In this document: piece after piece, positions 38,645 to 47,016 of the stretch
Layout: every line of letters starts with the position of its first letter
Position numbering within the stretch: position 1 is the first letter of the stretch
Assembly (NCBI GenBank): GCA_944332815.1
Contig: CALVKQ010000001.1
Span: 49,697 to 113,696 of the forward strand
Length of the DNA stretch: 64,000 bases
Source: an uncultured Clostridia bacterium
GTDB taxonomy: Bacteria; Bacillota; Clostridia; Christensenellales; CAG-917
Direction of reading: 5' to 3'
Program-made: the position numbers and the translations under genes
Notes under the pieces: model-generated
Seen by the model: the letters and a program-made list of their open reading frames with translations, nothing else
Told to the model about the DNA's origin: nothing
Databases searched by the model: none

Positions 38645-39202
38645 ACGTCCCCTGACATGGGAGTATTGTACCCCCTCCTTCCCTTCGGGCTTTCCTCCCC
38701 CACTCGGAATAGAGGACAATCCTCCTAAAATTTAAGTGTTGTTTGCCCCCTTCCTTCGGGTTTCCCCCAAAATCGTTCCCCCTTAAAAGGGAACCCACCA
38801 TTTCGGGGGAAACCTTCGGCGCTCGCGCATGACTGCTTCCGAGGACGGCACCTTTACGGAGCCGCCATGTTATGCCGCTTGCAATGCACCCGCTGCGCGA
38901 AGAGAGTGGCGCATTGCCGGCGCACTATTCGTCTAGCGCTCGGCACTCACACGGTCGCCGCCTGTTGCGGCTCCGCTCCGAATAAGTGCGCGTCGTACAC
39001 GGAGTTGGACGCGCCGCGACTTGCAAACGTGGGCGATGCTCGCCCACGGTGCAAGTTTGGCTGAGCGGCGCGTTATTACGTCTTTGAACAGGGGCAAGTA
39101 AAAATCAAGCACGCTCCGAATAAGTGCACGTCGTGTACGGGGTATTTTTTCCGTCTTCGAATAAGGGGAAGGAAGGGTATAATACTCCCATGTCAGGGAC
39201 GT
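38645..39202. repeat. Mosaic structured non-coding element, copy 1 (paralog of 59297-59790)
   Basis: It shares collinear blocks with the second locus, including a 39-nt identity (38693-38731 = 59383-59421) and a 64-nt block (39010-39073). It is closed by an imperfect 29-nt inverted repeat (38645-38673 / 39175-39202). Confidence 0.7.
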
Positions 39203-39257
39203 ACACCCCATTAAATTTTGCTTCATACCCGTTCTTTGCGTGTTTTAAACAAGCTGT

Positions 39258-39872
39258 TCAGAGTTCGTCGAAAGGGTTTGTGTCTTCCGCGTCTTCGCGC
39301 GCTATTTCTTCCGCGGTCACTTCCGAGGAATGCTTGTCGCGGATGACGCGCGCGAGCAGTTTGCTCATGGTGCGGTAGACATAATTCATCAAAAGGTCGA
39401 TGAGGAGGAGCGCCACCGTGCCGAGGATCGCGATCGCCCAATAATCGAAGTACGCCGCGACGTCCGGGGCGAGCACTTCTATCGCCTGCAAGCCGTAATA
39501 CAGCGCGGCGAGAGCGGCGTTGATGAAAAGGATCTTGACGGGATATGAAACGAACCACTTCACTCCCCTCTCCCACATGACGGCAGAGATGAGAGCCATG
39601 GGTCCGAAGTATATGGCGTAACCCACAACGGTGGTAACGTCGCCCACCAAAAAGCCGAGCCCTGCGGACACGATATACGCGAACACCGCCGAAGCGTAGT
39701 AGCGTTTGGTGACGGGCGCCATCACCGCGACGCCTGCCGCGGCGAACATCGCCACCGTGACGTAGCGCACCACCACGCCCAGCCAGACAAACAAAAGCGC
39801 AAGCGCCGCGGATATCCCGGCAAGCGCAAGCGCATAAGCGGTTTTTCTCGGAGAGAAAACTCTTTTTTTCAT
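39258..39872 (-). CDS. Polytopic membrane protein, function unknown
   Basis: Five or six hydrophobic helices. The ATG overlaps the stop of the upstream J-like gene (ATGA). Confidence 0.65.
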   Translation of the reverse strand: MKKRVFSPRKTAYALALAGISAALALLFVWLGVVVRYVTVAMFAAAGVAVMAPVTKRYYASAVFAYIVSAGLGFLVGDVTTVVGYAIYFGPMALISAVMWERGVKWFVSYPVKILFINAALAALYYGLQAIEVLAPDVAAYFDYWAIAILGTVALLLIDLLMNYVYRTMSKLLARVIRDKHSSEVTAEEIAREDAEDTNPFDEL

Positions 39873-40543
39873 CAGCAGCAGCGGATGAGGTCGCCGCCGA
39901 GGCACTCGCAGCAGCAGTCCGCGCATATCGCACACTGACAAGCGGTGCAGCACCCGTCCATAGCGGAGGGTTCGGCTTGCTGTTGATAGCTGCGTTGGGT
40001 GGCGTAATAGTTCTGTTGACCGCTCGCATTCTGTCCGTCGGACCCCTGCGCGGCGCCCTTCGCGAACGCGTTTCCGCCGTCTATCTTCTTCTTCATGCTT
40101 TCGAGCGAACGCTTATACTTCTCGTTTTCGGGGTCGAGGTCGAGCGCGAGCTCCAGCTGCTTCTTGCTGTCGTTCAACCAGTTTTTCTCATAGAAGATGA
40201 TCGCCTGATAGTAGTGCCACTCGCCGCCGCGATAATACATATCGTCCAGCAAGGACTGGGCTTTTGCGAAGTCCTTTGCGGATATCGCCGCTTTCACCGC
40301 GTCGAATTGGGCGGCGTCGCTGCCGTCGCCGTCGCTTATCTTCGCCGCCTCGTGGGTGTAGCTCATCGCGTCCTGATACGCCTGATCCAGCACTTCCAGC
40401 ATACGCGCGGCGTCCGAACCTGCCTCGCCCTCGTCAAAGACGTGCTGCTGATAATAAGCGCGCTTGGTTTTGTAGGCTTCCAGTATCTCGCTCTGGGACG
40501 CGCCTTTGGATATACCGAGGATCACAAACGGGTCACTTGGCAT
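39872..40543 (-). CDS. J-domain-like / TPR-like protein with an extremely Cys-rich C-terminus
   Basis: The N-terminus DPFVILGISKGASQSEILEAYK resembles a J domain, but the HPD tripeptide is absent. The tail is CCTACQCAICADCCCECLGGDLIRCC. Confidence 0.7.
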   Translation of the reverse strand: MPSDPFVILGISKGASQSEILEAYKTKRAYYQQHVFDEGEAGSDAARMLEVLDQAYQDAMSYTHEAAKISDGDGSDAAQFDAVKAAISAKDFAKAQSLLDDMYYRGGEWHYYQAIIFYEKNWLNDSKKQLELALDLDPENEKYKRSLESMKKKIDGGNAFAKGAAQGSDGQNASGQQNYYATQRSYQQQAEPSAMDGCCTACQCAICADCCCECLGGDLIRCC

Positions 40544-41382
40544 TTATCTTCTCCTTTGAGCAGTCTTTCCATCTGCATATTAAGCCCGAGGTAAACGGTG
40601 TTGGACAACATCCCTTCGCTGACCACGATATGCATGGAATTGTATGCTCCGACAAGTTTATTATAAGTCGAGCGCAGCAAAAAGTCGAGTTCCTGCGCGT
40701 TTTTCTCCAAAAAAGAGGCTTTGTCGCCGCAGCCGCCGTAGGCTGCGAGCAAGGGGTTATACCTGCCCTTTTTCTCGTCCTTCTCCACGTCGTCCACCGC
40801 GTCGAAGAGATACACCAGCCTGCCGAGCGTGTACATGAAGCAATCCGTATGCTCGTCCGTCTTTATCATAAGCCGCGTGACGTCGCGCATGAGGGAGGCA
40901 AAGCAGTCCGCAACGAGGTCGATGTCCGCGCAGTTGCGCTTTTCCAGCACGGAAAGTTTTCGGAAACTCTCGCGCATGAGCGCGTCCGCCTCGGGCATCC
41001 TTCTCGCCGCCGCGCGTTTTCTCGCCGCCAGCGCGCCCACCGCCGCCGCACGCGACTTCTTGCCGTCGTGCACATCGTCCAAAGCGTTGTAATAGACGAG
41101 CAGCACGGCAAGATCCGCCGCCTTTGCGGTGAGTTCGTCGGGCTTTATCACCGTCTTGCGTTTGCCGTTGATGAGGCACATCCTGCGCTCGAAGCTCACC
41201 TGCGTGTCCGTCAGAGAATGCAGCAGCGCGTTGTAAAACGTGACGTCGTAGTTGGTGCAAAGCCTTGTCAGCGGACCGCCCGTGCGCGCAAGCTGCTTGC
41301 ACAAGCCGCAATAGTACGCCTGAAAGACGTTGAAGTCCTTGATGTACATATTGTTTTTGTCCGGTATGACGTAGCCAAACAT
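40522..41382 (-). CDS. DUF5685-like protein
   Basis: The N-terminus MFGYVIPDK...YYCGLCK resembles the clostridial DUF5685 family as I remember it. It is co-directional with and overlaps the next gene. Confidence 0.55.
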   Translation of the reverse strand: MFGYVIPDKNNMYIKDFNVFQAYYCGLCKQLARTGGPLTRLCTNYDVTFYNALLHSLTDTQVSFERRMCLINGKRKTVIKPDELTAKAADLAVLLVYYNALDDVHDGKKSRAAAVGALAARKRAAARRMPEADALMRESFRKLSVLEKRNCADIDLVADCFASLMRDVTRLMIKTDEHTDCFMYTLGRLVYLFDAVDDVEKDEKKGRYNPLLAAYGGCGDKASFLEKNAQELDFLLRSTYNKLVGAYNSMHIVVSEGMLSNTVYLGLNMQMERLLKGEDKCQVTRL

Positions 41383-41441
41383 ACTCCGCTCTCACGCATC
41401 ATACTGACGGAAAAAGATAAAACCTACCTTAAACCGCTCCG

Positions 41442-42470
41442 TTATTTGTCGAAGGACACCAAACCCACCTTCCGCTTGACCTTGGCAAGGGTGCGAGCGG
41501 CGAGCCTTGCCGCCTTCTGCGCGCCCTCCTTTGCCACCTCTGCGATGTACGCCTTATCCGCAAGATAACGCGCATACTCCTCTCTTATGGGCTTGAACTT
41601 GGCGGCGACCGCCTCGCCCACCGCCGTCTTGAACGTGCCGTAACCGCAGCCTGCGAACTCCTTTTCCGCCTCCGCCACGCTCTTGCCCGCGATGACAGAA
41701 TAGATGGCGAGCAGATTGCTTATGCCCGGTTTGTCGGGGGAAGCGACTATCTCGCTGCCGCTGTCCGTGACCGCACGGCGGAACTTCCGCATGATGGACG
41801 CCTCGTCCTCTATGACGGACACCCAGCCGTTGGGGTCGGGGTCGGACTTGGACATTTTCGCCGTGGGCTCTTGCAAGGAGCATATCTTCGCCCCCGTTTC
41901 GGGGATGTAGCCGTCAGGGACGACGAAGGTGTCGCCGTAACGGTTGTTGAAGCGTATTGCGATGTCCCTGGCGAGTTCGAGATGCTGCTTTTGGTCTATC
42001 CCGACGGGCACCAGATCGGAACGGAAGAGCAGGATATCCGCCGCCATGAGCACGGGATAATCCATCAGCCCCATATTGATATTGTCCGCGTGTTTGGCGC
42101 TCTTATCCTTGAACTGCGTCATCCTGGACGCCTCGCCCACGTAGGTATTGCAATTGAGTATCCACGCGAGCTCGGAGTGCGCCGGCACGTGGGACTGGAA
42201 GTAAAGCACCGACTTCGACGGGTCTATGCCGCAGGCGAGTAGCTGCGCGAAGAAGCTCATGCACCCCTGCCTGAACTCCTGCGGTTCCCTGCGTACGGTG
42301 AGCGCGTGAAGGTCCGCAATGAAGAATACAGAGTCGAACTCGTCCTGCATCTTCCCCCAGTTGGACACCGCCCCCACATAGTTCCCGAGGGTGATCGTGC
42401 CCGTGGGCTGTATGCCGGAAAGCACTACCTTTTTGCGCTCGTTCTGCACTTTATCGTTCAATTCTGCCAT
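41442..42470 (-). CDS. trpS: Tryptophan--tRNA ligase
   Basis: Class I signatures: an HIGH-like motif (SGIQPTGTITLGNY) and KMSKS, 342 aa. Confidence 0.95.
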   Translation of the reverse strand: MAELNDKVQNERKKVVLSGIQPTGTITLGNYVGAVSNWGKMQDEFDSVFFIADLHALTVRREPQEFRQGCMSFFAQLLACGIDPSKSVLYFQSHVPAHSELAWILNCNTYVGEASRMTQFKDKSAKHADNINMGLMDYPVLMAADILLFRSDLVPVGIDQKQHLELARDIAIRFNNRYGDTFVVPDGYIPETGAKICSLQEPTAKMSKSDPDPNGWVSVIEDEASIMRKFRRAVTDSGSEIVASPDKPGISNLLAIYSVIAGKSVAEAEKEFAGCGYGTFKTAVGEAVAAKFKPIREEYARYLADKAYIAEVAKEGAQKAARLAARTLAKVKRKVGLVSFDK

Positions 42471-42497
42471 ATAAACACCTTGTTTTGCCGTTTGCGT

Positions 42498-44009
42498 TCA
42501 CTCTTTGTCGGCGTCCGCACTCCCCTCTCCGTCACCCAGCACGAAGTCGTACACCGCCTGCTTCACTCCGTCGCGAGGGATGACTTTCGTGTGGCGCACG
42601 GGCAGCGAGTTGAGGGCGAGTATCCCGTCCGGGCACTCCGCCGCCGTGAACATGCTCAGTTTCATGACCGCCTTATCCGTGTCCTTTTCGCGCGCGTCCG
42701 CGACCGCGTTATACACGTCGCAGGCGAACTTGTACGGGCTTGCCGTGGACACGATGACCGTGGGCGTAGCGTCGTCCGTTTCATCCGCGTAGTCGCTGTA
42801 AACGCTGACCGCGACCGCCGTGTGAGGGTCGAGCACGTAATCGTCCAGGTCGAAGAAGTTGTGTATGGTTTCCTTGGTTTCGTCCTCGTCCGCCCAACCG
42901 GCTTCGAACACGTCGAAGTCGTGCGCGTCGAGTTCCAGCTCGAACCTGCCCTTGTTTTTGAGGTCGTCGTACAGTCTGCGCACTTTGGCGCTGTCCCTGC
43001 CCGTCGCTTCGAAGATGAGCCTTTCGAGGTTGGAGGACACCAGAATGTCCATGGAGGGCGACATCGTCTTGAAGAACTTGCGGTTGATGTCGTACTCCCC
43101 TTTCGAGAAGAAGTCGGAGAGGATGTTGTTGGCGTTGCTCGCCACTATGAGCTTATTGACGGGCAGCCCCATCTTATAGGCGTAATAACCTGCCAGGATG
43201 TTGCCGAAGTTGCCCGTGGGCACCACGAAATTGACCTTCTCGCCCTTTGTTATCTCCCCCGAGTTCAGCAAGTCGCAGTACGCGGAGATATAGTAGGCTA
43301 TCTGCGGCGCCAATCTGCCCCAGTTTATGGAGTTGGCGGAGGACATCTCTATGCCGTGCGCTTTGAGTTTCGCGATGACCTCGGGGTCGGTGAACACCCT
43401 CTTGACCGCGGTCTGCGCGTCGTCGAAGTTGCCCTTTATCCCTGCGACGTGGACGTTGCTTCCCTGCTGGGTCACCATCTGCCTCTTCTGCATCGCGCTG
43501 ACGCCGTCGGCAGGATAAAAGACTATGATCTCCGTGCCTTCCACATCGCGGAAGCCTTCCAGCGCCGCCTTGCCGGTGTCGCCGCTGGTCGCGACCAGGA
43601 TGAGGGTGCGGCTGTCGTCGCCCAGCTTGCGTTTGGACGCCACCATAAGGTGGGGGAGCAGCGTGAGCGCCATATCCTTGAACGCGAAGGTGGGACCGTG
43701 CCACAGCTCCAGCATATACAGCCCGTCGTCCACTTTGACGAGGGGGCACGGGTCGTCGCCGTCAAAACGGGAGTACGCCTTCCGCGCGTAGTCCAGCAGC
43801 TCTTCGCACGAAAAGCCGTCCAGATACTCCGCGAGCACGCTTGCCGCGCGTTCGGGATAATCCATCTCCGTGAGCGCGTTGAGTTTCCCGTCATCCAAAA
43901 CGGGGAAAGACGACGGAACGATAAGTCCGCCGTCATCCGATATACCTTTAACTATTGCTTCCGCAGCGGTGTAAGTGCGCATGCGGTCGCGTGTGCTTAC
44001 ATACTTCAT
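42498..44009 (-). CDS. thrC: Threonine synthase (long form)
   Basis: MKYVSTR N-terminus and a PLP-lysine context (PTFAFKD), 503 aa. Confidence 0.9.
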   Translation of the reverse strand: MKYVSTRDRMRTYTAAEAIVKGISDDGGLIVPSSFPVLDDGKLNALTEMDYPERAASVLAEYLDGFSCEELLDYARKAYSRFDGDDPCPLVKVDDGLYMLELWHGPTFAFKDMALTLLPHLMVASKRKLGDDSRTLILVATSGDTGKAALEGFRDVEGTEIIVFYPADGVSAMQKRQMVTQQGSNVHVAGIKGNFDDAQTAVKRVFTDPEVIAKLKAHGIEMSSANSINWGRLAPQIAYYISAYCDLLNSGEITKGEKVNFVVPTGNFGNILAGYYAYKMGLPVNKLIVASNANNILSDFFSKGEYDINRKFFKTMSPSMDILVSSNLERLIFEATGRDSAKVRRLYDDLKNKGRFELELDAHDFDVFEAGWADEDETKETIHNFFDLDDYVLDPHTAVAVSVYSDYADETDDATPTVIVSTASPYKFACDVYNAVADAREKDTDKAVMKLSMFTAAECPDGILALNSLPVRHTKVIPRDGVKQAVYDFVLGDGEGSADADKE

Positions 44010-44437
44010 TCCGATCCCTGATACTTTTTAAGAAATTCCGGGAAATCCTCCTCGTTCTCGCTGACGGTGAGGATGAACCTGGTGTCCGTGTTTTTTGCTA
44101 TCGCGTAGATATCCGTGAAGAAGTCCTCCATCTCGGCGACGGGTCTTGCGAGCATACGGTGCGCGCCGTCGATGTAGAAGCTTTCTATGTCGTGGTTGCC
44201 TGCCAGGATGCCGCGGATGAACCCGATGAGTTCTCTCTCGTCCACGGCGGACTGCCCCGCCCTTTTCAGGCACTCCGTGTTGATGACTCTGATCTGGTAG
44301 CGGAGGGAGTACATATACCTGTCCGTATCGGTGAGGAAAACTATATCTCCCTTTGCGGTTTCGACATTGTCGTTTGCCATGTTGATGATGATCTTGGTTT
44401 TGCCGGTCCCTTTCGCTCCGGTGATGAGTTTAATCAT
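44006..44437 (-). CDS. Small P-loop NTPase, function unknown
   Basis: Walker A GAKGTGKT at residues 7-14 and a candidate Walker B SFYIDG. GGAGGTG SD. The stop overlaps the thrC start. Confidence 0.6.
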   Translation of the reverse strand: MIKLITGAKGTGKTKIIINMANDNVETAKGDIVFLTDTDRYMYSLRYQIRVINTECLKRAGQSAVDERELIGFIRGILAGNHDIESFYIDGAHRMLARPVAEMEDFFTDIYAIAKNTDTRFILTVSENEEDFPEFLKKYQGSE

Positions 44438-44526
44438 ATTCACCTCCGCTTCTATTTTATAGGATAACGCGCGCAATTACAAGAGCCGATTTAATTTCCG
44501 CCGCGATTTTGACCGTTACGCGCCGT

Positions 44527-45918
44527 TTACTCGTACTTTTTGAACTCCGCGTGTCTTTCGGAATCCAGCTCCGCGAACATGGCGTCCAGCTCGCCGTCGC
44601 TGATGACCGTGGTCCTGCCCTCGGCGTACTGCGCGTCCACGAGCTCTTTCATTTTCAGGATGAGCGCGTCGCGCTTGTCGATGTGCATCTCCTGCGGCAC
44701 GCCGTAGAAGGAATTTATCCAGAACGCGATGCCTGCCACGCCGCTGAACGCGTCCACCACCACCCTCGCCGGACGGTGCAATATCTTCTCGGTGTCGAAG
44801 ATGTTGTATATCTCCTGATCTTTCAGCATCCCGTCCGCGTGTATGCCGGCTTTGGTGACGTTGAAGTTCCTGCCCACGAAAGGAGTGCGCTCCGGGATGT
44901 CGAAGCCCATCTCGTGCTCGAAGTAATCCGCTATCTCCGTGATGACGGAAAGGTCCATGCCGCCCGCGCCGCCGCGCAGAGAGGCGTACTCTATCGCCAT
45001 GGCTTCGAGCGGAGTGTTGCCCGTGCGTTCGCCTATGCCGAGCAAGGTGGTGTTCACCGCCGAACAGCCGTACAGCCACGCAGTCGCGGAGTTGACCACC
45101 GCCTTGTAAAAGTCGTTGTGCCCGTGCCATTCCAGCTGTTCGGAAGGGATCTCCGCGTAGTAACGGAAACCGTACACTATGCCCTGTACGCTCCTGGGGA
45201 GCGCGGTGCCGGGATAAGTCACGCCGTAGCCCATGGTGTCGCACGCCCTTATCTTGATGGGGATGCCGCTCTCCGCGGACAGCTTCATGAGCTCGATGGC
45301 GAAGGGCACCACGAACCCGAAGTAGTCCGCGCGCGTGATATCCTCGAAATGGCACCTGGGCACTATGCCGCGTTCCAGCGCCTTTTTGACGATGGTGAGA
45401 TACTTCTCCATCGCCTGACCGCGCGTGAGGTTCATCTTTTTGAAGATGTGATAATCCGAGCAGCTCACCAAAATGCCCGTTTCCTTGATGCCGAACTGCT
45501 TGACCAGCTCGAAGTCCTTCTCGTTGGCGCGTATCCAGGACGTGACCTGCGGAAATTCGTAGCCGAGTTCCAGGCACTTTTCCACCGCTTCGCGGTCCTT
45601 CTCGCTGTACAGGAAAAATTCGCTCTGCCTGATCAGTCCGTTGGGACCGCCCAGGCGGTGCAGCATCTTATAAAGCGCGACGATATCCTTGACCGCAAAC
45701 GGTTTGGTCGCCTGCTGTCCGTCGCGGAAGGTCGTGTCCGTGATGAAAATGTCCTTCGGACATTCCATGGGGACGTGACGCATATTGAACGCCGTCTTGG
45801 GGATCTCGCCGTAAGTGAATATCTTGCGGTGGAGATTGGGATGGGGCACGTCCTGCAAGTTGGGCTTGTAGGCGTGTTCCTCTATGACATGATGGTTCTT
45901 GTTGTAACGTATTATCAT
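44527..45918 (-). CDS. HMGL-like (isopropylmalate/homocitrate/citramalate synthase superfamily) enzyme, possibly Re-citrate-synthase type
   Basis: DTTFRDGQQ catalytic motif and a TIM-barrel-length protein (463 aa) with the N-terminal extension seen in the clostridial Re-citrate synthase group. The subfamily assignment is from memory, not verified. Confidence 0.7.
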   Translation of the reverse strand: MIIRYNKNHHVIEEHAYKPNLQDVPHPNLHRKIFTYGEIPKTAFNMRHVPMECPKDIFITDTTFRDGQQATKPFAVKDIVALYKMLHRLGGPNGLIRQSEFFLYSEKDREAVEKCLELGYEFPQVTSWIRANEKDFELVKQFGIKETGILVSCSDYHIFKKMNLTRGQAMEKYLTIVKKALERGIVPRCHFEDITRADYFGFVVPFAIELMKLSAESGIPIKIRACDTMGYGVTYPGTALPRSVQGIVYGFRYYAEIPSEQLEWHGHNDFYKAVVNSATAWLYGCSAVNTTLLGIGERTGNTPLEAMAIEYASLRGGAGGMDLSVITEIADYFEHEMGFDIPERTPFVGRNFNVTKAGIHADGMLKDQEIYNIFDTEKILHRPARVVVDAFSGVAGIAFWINSFYGVPQEMHIDKRDALILKMKELVDAQYAEGRTTVISDGELDAMFAELDSERHAEFKKYE

Positions 45919-45930
45919 GAGTTCCTCCCC

Positions 45931-47016
45931 TCACTCGATGTTTTCGAGCAATTTATTCTGCAACGCGAGTTTGAGCGCGGATATCATCTCGTCCAGTTCC
46001 CCAAGCATGAACCTGTCCAGGGTGTAGAGGGTGAGCCCTATGCGGTGATCCGTCACCCTGCCCTGCGGAAAATTGTAGGTGCGGATGCGCTCGCTCCTGT
46101 CCCCGGTGCCTATCTGTGCGCGCCTTGCCGCGCTGTACTCCCTGTCCGCCTGCGAACGATAATGTTCGTACAGCCTCGAACGCAGCACTTTCATCGCCTT
46201 TTCGCGGTTTTTGATCTGACTGCGCTCGTCCTGACATTCCACCACTATGCCCGTGGGCAGATGGGTTATGCGGATGGCGGACTCCGTCTTGTTGACGTGC
46301 TGACCGCCTGCGCCGCCGCTGCGGTAAGTGTCTATTTTGAGGTCGTTCTCGTTGACGTTCACCTCGACGTCCTTTGCCTCGGGCAGCACCGCCACGGTGA
46401 CGGTGGAAGTGTGTATCCTGCCCTGGGACTCCGTTTCGGGCACTCGCTGCACGCGGTGCACGCCGCTTTCGAATTTCAGGTTGCCCCATGCGCCTTTGCC
46501 CGCGATCATGAAGGTGAGTTCCTTCGCGCCGCCGAGTTCCGTGAAGTTCATATTGATCTCCTCCACCTTCCAGCGCATCCTGTCCGCATAGTGGCGGTAC
46601 ATCTTCATGAGCTCGGTGCCGAAAAGCGCCGCTTCGTCGCCGCCAGCGCCTGCGCGGATCTCCATGATGACGTTGTTGTCCTCGTCGGGATCTTTGGGGA
46701 GCAGCGCGATGCGTAATGCCGCCGCGTCCTCCTCCATCGCTTCGCGGAGGGAGGCTTCCTCCTCCTTCAACAGTTCGCGCATATCCGGGTCGCTCTCCGC
46801 CGCGAGCATGCTCTCGCACTCCGCCGCTTCACGCTTGTGCGCCAGATATTCCGCGTACTTTTCCGCCGCAGGCTGCAAGTCGGAATGTTCCTTGGAATAA
46901 GCCACGAAAAGGCTCTGATCCGCAAGAGTTTCGGGGCGCGCGAGAAGTTCGCCGAGTTCGGCGTATCTGGCTTCCAGCCTGTCCAGCCGTTCCAGCAGCT
47001 TATCGCTCATCTTCAT
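45931..47016 (-). CDS. prfA: Peptide chain release factor 1
   Basis: [20 protein letters not shown] (GGQ motif). A PxT-type recognition region is expected from the RF1 length and context. Confidence 0.95.
   Translation of the reverse strand: MKMSDKLLERLDRLEARYAELGELLARPETLADQSLFVAYSKEHSDLQPAAEKYAEYLAHKREAAECESMLAAESDPDMRELLKEEEASLREAMEEDAAALRIALLPKDPDEDNNVIMEIRAGAGGDEAALFGTELMKMYRHYADRMRWKVEEINMNFTELGGAKELTFMIAGKGAWGNLKFESGVHRVQRVPETESQGRIHTSTVTVAVLPEAKDVEVNVNENDLKIDTYRSGGAGGQHVNKTESAIRITHLPTGIVVECQDERSQIKNREKAMKVLRSRLYEHYRSQADREYSAARRAQIGTGDRSERIRTYNFPQGRVTDHRIGLTLYTLDRFMLGELDEMISALKLALQNKLLENIE

Noticed and set aside
38466-38801. ORFs of 111 aa and 71 aa (and others at 38867-39226, 58943-59347, 59462-59659, 59975-60169) inside the two large non-coding regions.
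   Set aside because: They have no SD or plausible start context. The repetitive peptide (CSKIEQIKHVPK x2) simply mirrors the tandem DNA repeat. The frames are not shared between the two paralogous loci, whereas the nucleotide blocks are.
42471-42497. Looked for a T-box leader for trpS or thrC.
   Set aside because: The intergenic gaps are only 27 nt (trpS), and a 4-nt overlap precedes thrC. There is no room for a ~200-nt T-box.
45931-47016. Programmed +1 frameshift of a release-factor gene.
   Set aside because: The gene is prfA (RF1), read through as a single intact ORF. The autoregulatory frameshift is a property of prfB.
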